From UHGV virus genome UHGV-0196443: a DNA stretch of 38,343 nt. One strand, written 5' to 3'. Position numbers and translations under genes: made by a program. How positions within the stretch are numbered: position 1 is the first letter of the stretch; each line of letters opens with the position of its first letter. Positions 1 through 8,355 of this stretch are shown piece by piece. The notes under the pieces were generated by a model. The model was not told the origin of the DNA and did no database searches. It saw nothing but the letters and a program-made list of their open reading frames with translations. The stretch is from a virus.

Positions 1-190
1 AAACTGCAACAAAATACCGCCCCAGTGCTACCAACACTGAGACGGTCCACATACCCGAAGATATGCAATCTGAAGCCAAGAATATTGTATCATCTTCGGA
101 GCAGCTACACAATCCAGAACATTCGTTCATGTGCTGGCTGTTATTTTTGTACCTATTTTTGCATAAAACTAAACAAGGAGATGATATAAA

Positions 191-1609
191 ATGAGCGCAA
201 GATATGCCTATGGTTACGTCCGCGTATCCACAGATAAACAGGAAGAGCTTTCTCCAGATTCTCAGGAGAAGCTGTTACGGGAATATGCTGCGAAAAACAA
301 CATTATTATTTTAAAGGTTTTCTTTGAGCTTGGAATATCCGGCAGAAAAGCAGACAAGCGCCCAGAGTTTCAAAAAATGATTGGACTTGCAAAATCTACC
401 GATCATCCAGTCGATGTGATTCTGGTCTGGAAATTCAGCAGATTCGCAAGGAATCAAGAAGAATCTATTGTGTACAAATCTCTGCTGCGAAAACAAAGCA
501 ACGTTGATGTTGTAAGTATATCAGAGCCCTTAATAGATGGTCCATTCGGTTCTTTGATCGAACGAATCATTGAATGGATGGACGAATACTACTCTATCCG
601 GCTTTCTGGTGAAGTCCTGCGAGGAATGAAAGAGAAAGCTACAAAGAAAGGATATCAGATGTCTCCACCTCTGGGATATCATGCTGTCGGAAACGGAGAA
701 CCTTATAAAATCGATCCGGATGAAATGAAGATCGTAGAATTTATCTGTGATGAATTTGACTACCATAACTCGGATGTTACGAAGATAACGCGAAAACTAA
801 ATGATATGGGAGTACGTACAAGGCGAGGGAATCCATTTGAGTCCCGTAGTGTGGAAAGAATCTTAAGAAATCCATTTTATTACGGGCTTGTCGTTTGGAA
901 TGGTATTTCGTTTGCTGGATCGCATGAGGTCCATTACTCAAAAGAACGCTTCGAAACCCGCATGAAAAAGATACAGACCACATACCGACCACTGAAACGC
1001 CGGGATGTGTCCTCGTGTAAGCATTGGCTATCAGGGCTTTTAAAATGCGGGTACTGTGGAGCTTCTCTTTCCTACAATGGTGCAAACAGGCACTCGCCTG
1101 GTTTCCAGTGCTATAAGTACAGCAAAGGAATACATACCGAATCCTGTTCTATCTCAGAGAAAAAAGTGGTTGCTGCACTGGAAGAATATTTTGAAAAGCT
1201 TCTTTCCGGTATGGATTTTGAGTACTCCTACCACTCTGCTGAGACTGGTGAGAAGATATCAGAACGTGAATCACTCGTATCCGAACTTGATAAGATTTCC
1301 AACAGGGAAAAACGAATCCGTCTTGCTTATGAGAATGAAGTAGATACTTTGGAAGAATATAAACGGAACAAAGAGCGCCTGCAAAAAGACAGGGAAGACA
1401 TTTTGGAACAGCTGAAAAATCTCGACAAAAATAATGAAGACACGAAAACAAAATCTGACGTACTCAAGAACGTACAAACCGTATACGATGTGATTAAAAA
1501 TGATGCGATAGACTATGATACGAAAGGCATTTTTATGAGAAGTTTGGTAGAGGATATCGTTTATGATAAGAAAAACGGAAAACTGATCTTCCATCTTTAC
1601 ATATCGTGA
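191..1609 (+). CDS. Large serine recombinase (phage integrase)
   Basis: 472 aa. N-terminal resolvase/invertase catalytic domain YGYVRVSTDKQ with the catalytic Ser. Long C-terminal recombinase, zinc-ribbon (CGYCG...C) and coiled-coil region. SD-like GGAG before the ATG. Sits at the prophage edge. Confidence 0.88.
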   Translation: MSARYAYGYVRVSTDKQEELSPDSQEKLLREYAAKNNIIILKVFFELGISGRKADKRPEFQKMIGLAKSTDHPVDVILVWKFSRFARNQEESIVYKSLLRKQSNVDVVSISEPLIDGPFGSLIERIIEWMDEYYSIRLSGEVLRGMKEKATKKGYQMSPPLGYHAVGNGEPYKIDPDEMKIVEFICDEFDYHNSDVTKITRKLNDMGVRTRRGNPFESRSVERILRNPFYYGLVVWNGISFAGSHEVHYSKERFETRMKKIQTTYRPLKRRDVSSCKHWLSGLLKCGYCGASLSYNGANRHSPGFQCYKYSKGIHTESCSISEKKVVAALEEYFEKLLSGMDFEYSYHSAETGEKISERESLVSELDKISNREKRIRLAYENEVDTLEEYKRNKERLQKDREDILEQLKNLDKNNEDTKTKSDVLKNVQTVYDVIKNDAIDYDTKGIFMRSLVEDIVYDKKNGKLIFHLYIS

Positions 1610-1720
1610 GCCCTCTGTTTATAAGGGTTTGCGGATATGTTATAGGTTACTGCAATCAGGGCCACCAAATAGCAATAACCTATAATATTTTTACATATTA
1701 TAAATATACACGAAAATGAT

Positions 1721-1756
1721 ACAATATTCGCCCCTCAGAGAGTTGATCTCCGAGGG
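1721..1756. terminator. Bidirectional rho-independent terminator between convergent int and endolysin
   Basis: CCCCTCAGAGA-GTTGA-TCTCCGAGGGG stem (10/11 bp) followed by TTTTGTT on the plus strand, with a U-rich run on minus as well. Lies between the int stop (1609) and the endolysin stop (1764). Confidence 0.5.
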
Positions 1757-1763
1757 GATTTTG

Positions 1764-2567
1764 TTAAATCTTTTTTACAGGTTCTCGATACAGAGGCTCC
1801 ATCGCTCTCTTATACCAAGGTCCTTTTGGATCCCACTTGTACATTGGCATATCATGCCCGTAATTTGCTTTGTAGATTTCCTGCAGAATCTTCATTTCGT
1901 CCGGATGTCCCAAAGCCGTCACCACTCCATCGTGCATCCAATATACACACCCTTTTCCTTTCACCGTAAACATACACTGCATAGTCTCTTCTCCTTCCTG
2001 ATCTCCCGTATTCTGATTATTTCCCTGTCCGCTTCCTGAGGATGCTTTGCTGTCGATTGCCTTTGCGATCAGTTCTGCAATTCCTCTCGCTCCTAAGCTC
2101 CGGTATCTGGCTACATCATCTGTGCCGGTGCAAAATAATGTCTCCACAATCATACCGGGCATATTAGATGCATTCAGATCATGGTATCCCGAACTGTACT
2201 TTACACCACGGTTAGCAAATCCTTTATTTGCGAAATTCTGGCAGATATTGCTTGCGATCGTGTTCATTGTCTGGTTAGATGCATCGTATAACCACACCTC
2301 TGTGCCGCCAGCTGACGCCGCTCCTGCCGCATTCATGTGCAAAGTTACGTAAATATCGCACCCGGCACTATTCGCCTTATTTGTTCCGTCAGATAACTCG
2401 CTGGACACATTGGATGCGTTGGAATTACAATCAACCACAGTATGACCGACCGCCTGCAGCATTGGTGCAAGCTCATTGTAGATCTTCCGCACTTCTGCCT
2501 GCTCATCGATCAGACCGATTGCACCTTTACAATTTGGGGAGTGACCTCCCCTTAAGCCGATTTTCAT
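1764..2567 (-). CDS. Endolysin, N-acetylmuramoyl-L-alanine amidase (Amidase_3-like) with a C-terminal wall-binding-like domain
   Basis: 267 aa. MKIGLRGGHSPNCKGAIG...HMNAAG...GTEVWLY matches type-3 MurNAc-LAA motifs. Low-complexity SGSGQGNNQ linker, then a W/Y-rich C-terminal domain. Last gene of the lysis cassette. Confidence 0.85.
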   Translation of the reverse strand: MKIGLRGGHSPNCKGAIGLIDEQAEVRKIYNELAPMLQAVGHTVVDCNSNASNVSSELSDGTNKANSAGCDIYVTLHMNAAGAASAGGTEVWLYDASNQTMNTIASNICQNFANKGFANRGVKYSSGYHDLNASNMPGMIVETLFCTGTDDVARYRSLGARGIAELIAKAIDSKASSGSGQGNNQNTGDQEGEETMQCMFTVKGKGCVYWMHDGVVTALGHPDEMKILQEIYKANYGHDMPMYKWDPKGPWYKRAMEPLYREPVKKI

Positions 2568-2569
2568 TA

Positions 2570-2653
2570 TTTCTGTTCCTCCTGCTCTTCTGTCTCAAAC
2601 GCTTTTTCCAGTTCTTCTACGGATACTCTGCCAAATTCGTTCTGTTCGCTCAT
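2570..2653 (-). CDS. 27-aa acidic micro-ORF (MSEQNEFGRVSVEELEKAFETEEQEEQK)
   Basis: Not in the track (<60 aa). Strong SD GGGAGGTGA 6 nt upstream of the ATG. Its stop overlaps the endolysin start region. Confidence 0.3.
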
Positions 2654-2729
2654 GGTTGTCACCTCCCTTCCCGTTCGAGTCGCACAATAAAAGAGAGCCT
2701 GTTTCCAAGCTCTCCTACTGTTCTAAATC

Positions 2730-3026
2730 CTATTCATTCTTCCCAATCTGCTTAATTGTCTGATTCACGTATGTACTCAATCCGGCAGTTAAAATTCCCT
2801 GTATGATTGCTGTAAATACCGCCATTGCGATCTCCTGCCCGGTACTGATCGGACAGGAAGCAAACACCCACACGGCACACAGGGCAATACCAAGACCACC
2901 CAAGATAAGTGGTATATACTTATCTTTTACTGCCTGTGCATGTTTTAATCCCATCCCGATAAAATACAGCACCACTGCTACTACAATCAATTCTGGTTTT
3001 ACATAATTCATAATCTGTTCCATCAT
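2730..3026 (-). CDS. Putative holin
   Basis: 98 aa with 2-3 predicted TM helices and a charged C-terminus. Sits immediately upstream of the endolysin. Confidence 0.65.
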   Translation of the reverse strand: MMEQIMNYVKPELIVVAVVLYFIGMGLKHAQAVKDKYIPLILGGLGIALCAVWVFASCPISTGQEIAMAVFTAIIQGILTAGLSTYVNQTIKQIGKNE

Positions 3027-3235
3027 TCCTCACCTTTCCTTTCCAAATCTTCAATTCTGTGATTTGCAACCTTCACTTTTTCCTCTAAAATATATGTTCT
3101 TTCCACGATAGAATTGTGCTTTTCTACCTTCTTTTCCAGCTGCTCTATCCTGTACTTAACAAGTTGTGTCCCTCCAAAACTTCCAAGCAAAGTGCCAAGC
3201 AGAGATATAATTGCTACTATAACTGTATCTGTCAT
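3023..3235 (-). CDS. Small membrane-anchored coiled-coil protein (XhlA-like, holin-associated)
   Basis: 70 aa. One N-terminal TM helix then a heptad coiled coil (LEKKVEKHN...LEEKVKVANHRIEDLERK). Its stop overlaps the holin start by 4 nt. Confidence 0.45.
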   Translation of the reverse strand: MTDTVIVAIISLLGTLLGSFGGTQLVKYRIEQLEKKVEKHNSIVERTYILEEKVKVANHRIEDLERKGEE

Positions 3236-3244
3236 TTCTGCCTC

Positions 3245-3970
3245 CTATATAATCTCAACAGCCGGTTCATTTTGATCCAACGTATTCGCATCAATTGCAT
3301 CTGGGATGATCATGTTTCCATCCTCATCAAACTCATTGATCAACGTTTTCATTGCTTCTTCTTTTGCATCCTTAAGCATTTCTAATTTTTCTTTCGTTTC
3401 CGCTACATAAGTCATTGCACAGAAAAAGGAAAGCCGCATTGTACCACTTGCTGCTCTATCTAATTTCACAATTACCTGCCCATTACTTCTCATTGTGGTA
3501 GCGATTACTAGGGCTTGATTTGCATTTTCGTCCGCATTCTGCGCTTGTATATACAAACGATCCAATTCATTTGCAGGTACCTTCCCACTCATCAACTCAT
3601 TGATTGTCGTAATTGCAAAAAAATCTGTTCCGTTCATATTTACAATTTTTTGTCTGACTGTAGTCCACTTGACAGTACTGTCCACGTTTCTTTCATTCAG
3701 TTGATCGAGATTTTTCCAGATGTTCGATATATTTTCATCTTGTTTCTTCTTGTCTTCTTCGAAATATCTTTTATTTTCATCCATCTCTTTTTTTAATATT
3801 TTTCCTACGCGTCCATCCAACACTGTCCCCGCTTCTGTCGTTGTTGTATTATTTACAATTTCCGGCTTTTCAATCAGATCTTCATACTTTCCAGTCCTGG
3901 CCACTTCTTTAATCGGCTCTATATACTTAGCATAAAAATGCTGCAGACCTGTCCAGCTTAAATATTTCAT
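3245..3970 (-). CDS. Tail fibre-like protein
   Basis: 241 aa. N-terminal MKYLSWTGLQHF resembles the fibre N-terminus of the neighbouring gene. C-terminal IPDAIDANTL resembles the shared fibre C-terminal motif. Confidence 0.45.
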   Translation of the reverse strand: MKYLSWTGLQHFYAKYIEPIKEVARTGKYEDLIEKPEIVNNTTTTEAGTVLDGRVGKILKKEMDENKRYFEEDKKKQDENISNIWKNLDQLNERNVDSTVKWTTVRQKIVNMNGTDFFAITTINELMSGKVPANELDRLYIQAQNADENANQALVIATTMRSNGQVIVKLDRAASGTMRLSFFCAMTYVAETKEKLEMLKDAKEEAMKTLINEFDEDGNMIIPDAIDANTLDQNEPAVEII

Positions 3971-3984
3971 TTAACCACCCCTCT

Positions 3985-4707
3985 TTACATGGTAAACAGC
4001 GAATCTATCTCGTCGTTTGTAATGCTTTCCACGTTTGCATCCGAGCCTGCCGGACCCTGTGGTCCCATTGGTCCAATGTCCCCTTTCTCACCCTTTAATC
4101 CCTGAGGTCCTTGTGGTCCCGTTTCTCCCTTTTCGCCTTTTTCTCCTGCAGGTCCTTGAATCCCCTGTTCACCTTTTGCTCCTGCCGGTCCTGCTGGTCC
4201 AGCAGCCCCCTGCAATCCCTGAGGTCCCTGTGGACCTGTCATACCGGTGGCTCCTGATAAGTCTGTGATGTATGTGTAAGATGACTCTCCTTTAACATAT
4301 AACTTGGCGTTGTCAGCATCCTCTACATTTCCCGTGTCTATCATGACAAATTGTCCATTCTTTACTCCATCTGTCGCAAATCCTTTATTCATTTCTGCTA
4401 TTGATGTAAATGTTTTTGCGATTTTAAACGCTTCACCTGCCGGGCCTTGTGGTCCCTGCAAGCCCTGTGGCCCCTGTGCTCCTACCGCTCCAGCCGGGCC
4501 CGCTGGGCCTTGCGGTCCAGCTGCTCCAGTTTCTCCTTTATCTCCTTTAAATTCTTCACTTTTGATTGCTTCATCGAGCGTTTTTCCGTTATAAGTCACA
4601 TCTGTTGATACTACTTTTTCCGTTTTTTTACGAAAATTTTCATCCGCCCATTCCTGTATCTTTGTTTTAAATGTTCCAAGTCCTGTTAAATCTAAAAATT
4701 TTGCCAT
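3985..4707 (-). CDS. Collagen-like repeat tail fibre protein
   Basis: 240 aa. Two Gly-X-Y tracts ([19 protein letters not shown] and [28 protein letters not shown]). N-terminal [13 protein letters not shown]. Central domain is paralogous to the 6244-7341 protein. Confidence 0.7.
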   Translation of the reverse strand: MAKFLDLTGLGTFKTKIQEWADENFRKKTEKVVSTDVTYNGKTLDEAIKSEEFKGDKGETGAAGPQGPAGPAGAVGAQGPQGLQGPQGPAGEAFKIAKTFTSIAEMNKGFATDGVKNGQFVMIDTGNVEDADNAKLYVKGESSYTYITDLSGATGMTGPQGPQGLQGAAGPAGPAGAKGEQGIQGPAGEKGEKGETGPQGPQGLKGEKGDIGPMGPQGPAGSDANVESITNDEIDSLFTM

Positions 4708-4727
4708 GTTCCTATTTCTCCTTTTCT

Positions 4728-4922
4728 TTAAAACAATCCATTAATCTCTTCTTCTGTAATTACTTCATTTCCCGCTCCTGCTTCCAGTTCCCCTATTTTC
4801 TGCTCTACGGATTTCCCCTCTGTAAGCTGCACACTTTCTGCCATAACCAACGGATAATTTCCATTGTTTTTTACCGATAAGGTGTTGACGATTACAACAC
4901 CGCCGTCAATACTCTGTGCCAT
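4728..4922 (-). CDS. Small hypothetical tail-region protein
   Basis: 64 aa. C-terminal EVITEEEINGLF matches the motif shared by the neighbouring fibre proteins. Confidence 0.4.
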   Translation of the reverse strand: MAQSIDGGVVIVNTLSVKNNGNYPLVMAESVQLTEGKSVEQKIGELEAGAGNEVITEEEINGLF

Positions 4923-4934
4923 CTTTCAAACCTC

Positions 4935-5699
4935 CTATTTTACTGTAACTGTCGTGTTTCCAAGACCTGTATTTACAGACACCCAAACGTCATAATTCTG
5001 AGTATGTCCAGATGCGTTCGTAAACGATAACGTCTGCAATTTCCTGAATCCACCATCAAAACCGCCAACATTAAATGTAGGTGTGCCGAATGTAGACGGA
5101 ATCGCATATACGATCTTTTCTCCAACTCCGGCATTGACCGTAAAGGTACGCCCTCTTCCGCCTGCAAGTGCGGATCCTTTCAATGCCAGGATATCGGCAT
5201 TTCCCAGCTGTTCCTTGTTAGTTTTTCCCCAGTATACTTTCGGCTGGAACGTGATGCCAACCGTTCTGGATACAACTGCATCCCTCTCATCTGTCACTGT
5301 CAGCACAATGTTGGTATTTGTTTTCACAGACTTTCCTGTATAAGATTTCTTTCGAGGTGCTTTATCCAGTATTTCCTCCTGTTCTGCTCCAAATTTGATT
5401 TTCTGTGTTTTTGGCTCTTTATTTAACGCCCATACAATATCAGATGCAGTTACTGTCGCACCGATCTCATTGCTGCTGTTCGTGGCAGTCAGACTGTTGA
5501 TTGCAATCTTGGTGTACGCCAGGTCATCGATTTTTTTCTTGTACTCATCCGAAAAATCATTGCTGGATAAACCTTTTCCTACCTCCTTCTTTACGTATCT
5601 CTCATCATTCTTCTGTACCAGGTGTGCAAGTCCATCCTGATCCAGGTACTTCTTTTCTGCAGCGATCACTGCTGCTTCTGTTGCTTTTTTTCTTGGCAT
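4935..5699 (-). CDS. Putative tail fibre/baseplate-associated structural protein
   Basis: 254 aa, Gly-rich, beta-rich composition, inside the fibre cluster. No recognisable catalytic motif. Confidence 0.45.
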   Translation of the reverse strand: MPRKKATEAAVIAAEKKYLDQDGLAHLVQKNDERYVKKEVGKGLSSNDFSDEYKKKIDDLAYTKIAINSLTATNSSNEIGATVTASDIVWALNKEPKTQKIKFGAEQEEILDKAPRKKSYTGKSVKTNTNIVLTVTDERDAVVSRTVGITFQPKVYWGKTNKEQLGNADILALKGSALAGGRGRTFTVNAGVGEKIVYAIPSTFGTPTFNVGGFDGGFRKLQTLSFTNASGHTQNYDVWVSVNTGLGNTTVTVK

Positions 5700-6241
5700 T
5701 TTCGCTCTGCTCCTTTCATAATCTCGTCAATCTCCGGATTGGTGATCGACTCTATCTCCACAGTCCCGCCGCTGTTTGGCAGATTTACGGAGCTGATTGT
5801 ATCCTTACCAGACAAAAGCTGCAGTTGATTCCCCTCTAACTGCAGCCCGTCTCCTTTTTGCTTTAACCGCTCCACGATCTGTTCCAGTGCATGTTTATCC
5901 GCTGGGGCCTCATAATCTTCTGGCTTTTTTCGTGCTTTTACACTTAACCGAATTTCAAATATGGTCTTTCCTTCTCCCGGAATAGTCTTATATACATATG
6001 CCTGGATTGTTCCACTTCTTTTCAGTAATTCATTTGGAATGTCGACTGTGATGTCACCGTCTTCCACTTTCCCAAGTACCACCAATGCACCATTCGTACA
6101 TTTGTCAGTGAAATGTACTTGTATTTGTTCTTCTTCTACTTCCATTCCGCAGATCTGTAAAACCTGTCCGTAATCCCATTGTGTAAGTTTTCCATCGATA
6201 TCCACACGCCTGGAGCATTCATCAAATACTGCAATTATCAT
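5666..6241 (-). CDS. Hypothetical tail protein
   Basis: 191 aa. C-terminal ESITNPEIDEIM motif followed by a Q/K-rich tail. Overlaps neighbours, consistent with an operon. Confidence 0.45.
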   Translation of the reverse strand: MIIAVFDECSRRVDIDGKLTQWDYGQVLQICGMEVEEEQIQVHFTDKCTNGALVVLGKVEDGDITVDIPNELLKRSGTIQAYVYKTIPGEGKTIFEIRLSVKARKKPEDYEAPADKHALEQIVERLKQKGDGLQLEGNQLQLLSGKDTISSVNLPNSGGTVEIESITNPEIDEIMKGAERKCQEKKQQKQQ

Positions 6242-6243
6242 TC

Positions 6244-7341
6244 TTATGCACCTCCTCCAAGCGAATCGATATCCGAATTCGGAATCCCCTCTATCCCTGT
6301 TACTTCTCCGGAATCACCCCGGGGAATTTCGAAATCAAATACCGCCTCTGTTTCTGTACCCGAATTTTCAACAGACGCCTCTGTTCCTGCCTCCCCGGTC
6401 GTAGTAGTTCCGATCCGTATTGTTGCTGCTTTTCCTGCCGGTCCTTCCGGACCCTGAATACGTCCTACATTTTTCCACTGGCCAGATACGTTGTCCCATA
6501 CATATAGATTTCCATCTACCAGATAGGATTCGCCCGCATTTCCTGTTGGATGTTCTCTGTTCAATTCCTCTTCTGTTTTATAGGAACCCAGTATAGTAAC
6601 ACCCGTTCCATCTTTCCCTGGATCCCCCTGAATCCCTTTTTCTCCTCTTGGACCAGGATCCCCTTTCTCTCCTTTAGCCCCTGTTGCACCGGATAAATCT
6701 ACCATGTACTCATATCCAGTTGCGCCCTTTCTATAAACCTTGGCATTATCAGCATCATCCGGGTTACCGGTACTTATCATCACAATCGCATTTTCCGGAA
6801 GACCATCGGTTTCAAATCCTGCATTCATCTGTCCTACAGAGGCATAAATCTTTTGCACGTTTAAAGCAATGCTTCCACTTTCTATGGTTCCTGACTGCAG
6901 AGAATCAATTTCCATCGTTGTAATTTCAATCGGATCATACTTCTCCAAACGATTCAGTATATCTACAAGCGCCTGATATTCATTGGTTGACTGTATTTCG
7001 GATGCAGCCACTAAGTTTTCTCTGACCTCCATCTTCACTTTGAATGATGTGACAGCATTGCTACCATCAATCAAATGTAGCTGGAATTCCGTATTTCCCA
7101 CTTCTGCAACCATTTGCGGCGTCAAACTGAACAGGACGCAATAATTGCTTATCACGGTTCCTTCTGTGTAAGTTTCTGATCCGCTTGGTTTCTTACAATA
7201 AATCCTGGCCTTACTGATTGTCTTTGCCATTCCGGAAATCATACAGCGCAGAAGTCTGCCCGAATCGTACTGTACTGCATAGATTGTTTGCATAATTCCC
7301 GGGTTTCTCACGTCAATGTATAAAGTTGTCGTTGTTTCCAT
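6244..7341 (-). CDS. Collagen-like repeat tail fibre / putative receptor-binding protein
   Basis: 365 aa. Gly-X-Y tracts (GATGAKGEKGDPGPRGEKGIQGDPGKDG and GPEGPAGKA). Segment NAKVYRKGATGYEYMVDLSGATG is paralogous to [23 protein letters not shown] in 3985-4707. C-terminal IPNSDIDSLGG. Confidence 0.65.
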   Translation of the reverse strand: METTTTLYIDVRNPGIMQTIYAVQYDSGRLLRCMISGMAKTISKARIYCKKPSGSETYTEGTVISNYCVLFSLTPQMVAEVGNTEFQLHLIDGSNAVTSFKVKMEVRENLVAASEIQSTNEYQALVDILNRLEKYDPIEITTMEIDSLQSGTIESGSIALNVQKIYASVGQMNAGFETDGLPENAIVMISTGNPDDADNAKVYRKGATGYEYMVDLSGATGAKGEKGDPGPRGEKGIQGDPGKDGTGVTILGSYKTEEELNREHPTGNAGESYLVDGNLYVWDNVSGQWKNVGRIQGPEGPAGKAATIRIGTTTTGEAGTEASVENSGTETEAVFDFEIPRGDSGEVTGIEGIPNSDIDSLGGGA

Positions 7342-7356
7342 ATCACACCTTCTTTC

Positions 7357-8355
7357 TTATCCTGGTATCCACCTGACGAGGTAAATATCTCCCGGCAACA
7401 CACCTTCACCGCTTTTGTATCGCAGCACACAGTCCCACGGATAGTTATAGTATCCGGTTGTCCAAATTTCCTCTCCTGTCTGATCACCAGTCTGGCCGCC
7501 GGTTGTTCCGCCAAATTCATTTTGGCTGGCCTGCACAACCTGTCCATTTCCAATTCCCATTGCAGTATGGTTTACGATGTTCAGAAGGATATCCCCTCTT
7601 TGTACACCGGATCCTGTTGCCAGATTTATCTGCTCTGTCACATCCGTAAAACCGCAATTCAAAAATATTTCCCGCATATTACCGGTGTAGGTTGCCCCAT
7701 TGCTTTTTACTGGAACCCCGGCATTTTCCCACGCCTGAATCAATAACGAGGAGCAATCGTAATCTGGTCCCCATCGATTTGCCTGATCATATCCGTGGCT
7801 ATTATCATTTGCAATTTGAATCGCCCAGTTTACCGCAGCTTCTATTTTTTCAGATCCTCCTGCATATTGACTCAGGTAGTTGTACCAATATCTTGCCTGC
7901 TGCCGCCTCTCGGCTTCCACTTCTACGCCTGCACGTTCAAAGTTTTTCAAAAATGCAGATGCCAGATATTCCGGTGATTCTCCGCTGACCTTAAACTGAT
8001 CAAACGACAGCGGATATGCAGCGGTTGCAATCCACTGACCAAAAGAAACTGTAACAGAATCTATCCACGTAAGCTGACCGTTTGGATCCGTAATTCCATA
8101 TCCGTTCGCACCTGCCCAATTTGTATAATTTGTTGCCGGTGTCCACTGTACCAGTCCAAAACCTCCACTATAGTTTCCCTCCTGCAGGCTTTGCCAGATT
8201 CCGGGATTGATGTTCGATTCACTTTGCATGTTGCCGCATATCCCAGCAATAGCATTCAGCGACCATCCTTTTTGTTCAAAAAAACTTAGTACTTCTCTTG
8301 CATTCCCCTGCATCTGCTCTGTGGTCAGATAAAAGTTTCCTATCGTCCATGACAT
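7357..8355 (-). CDS. Tail-associated peptidoglycan hydrolase (phage-tail-lysozyme-like N-domain plus Cys/His peptidase-like C-domain)
   Basis: 332 aa. N-terminal ...AIAGICGNMQSESNINPGIWQS...GGFGLVQWT is typical of tail lysozyme-like domains. C-terminal HGYD...DCSSL...H looks like a CHAP/NlpC-P60-type Cys-His pair. Confidence 0.65.
   Translation of the reverse strand: MSWTIGNFYLTTEQMQGNAREVLSFFEQKGWSLNAIAGICGNMQSESNINPGIWQSLQEGNYSGGFGLVQWTPATNYTNWAGANGYGITDPNGQLTWIDSVTVSFGQWIATAAYPLSFDQFKVSGESPEYLASAFLKNFERAGVEVEAERRQQARYWYNYLSQYAGGSEKIEAAVNWAIQIANDNSHGYDQANRWGPDYDCSSLLIQAWENAGVPVKSNGATYTGNMREIFLNCGFTDVTEQINLATGSGVQRGDILLNIVNHTAMGIGNGQVVQASQNEFGGTTGGQTGDQTGEEIWTTGYYNYPWDCVLRYKSGEGVLPGDIYLVRWIPG

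Noticed and set aside
2279-2755. Track ORF 2279-2755 (+), 158 aa
   Set aside because: It is antisense to the endolysin and holin genes and has no RBS. Arg/Leu-rich shadow frame.
4035-4594. Gly/Pro-rich direct nucleotide repeats that could be mistaken for a CRISPR-like or tandem repeat array
   Set aside because: They are in-frame Gly-X-Y collagen-like codon repeats of the fibre protein (3985-4707). They are irregular in length and have no unique spacers.
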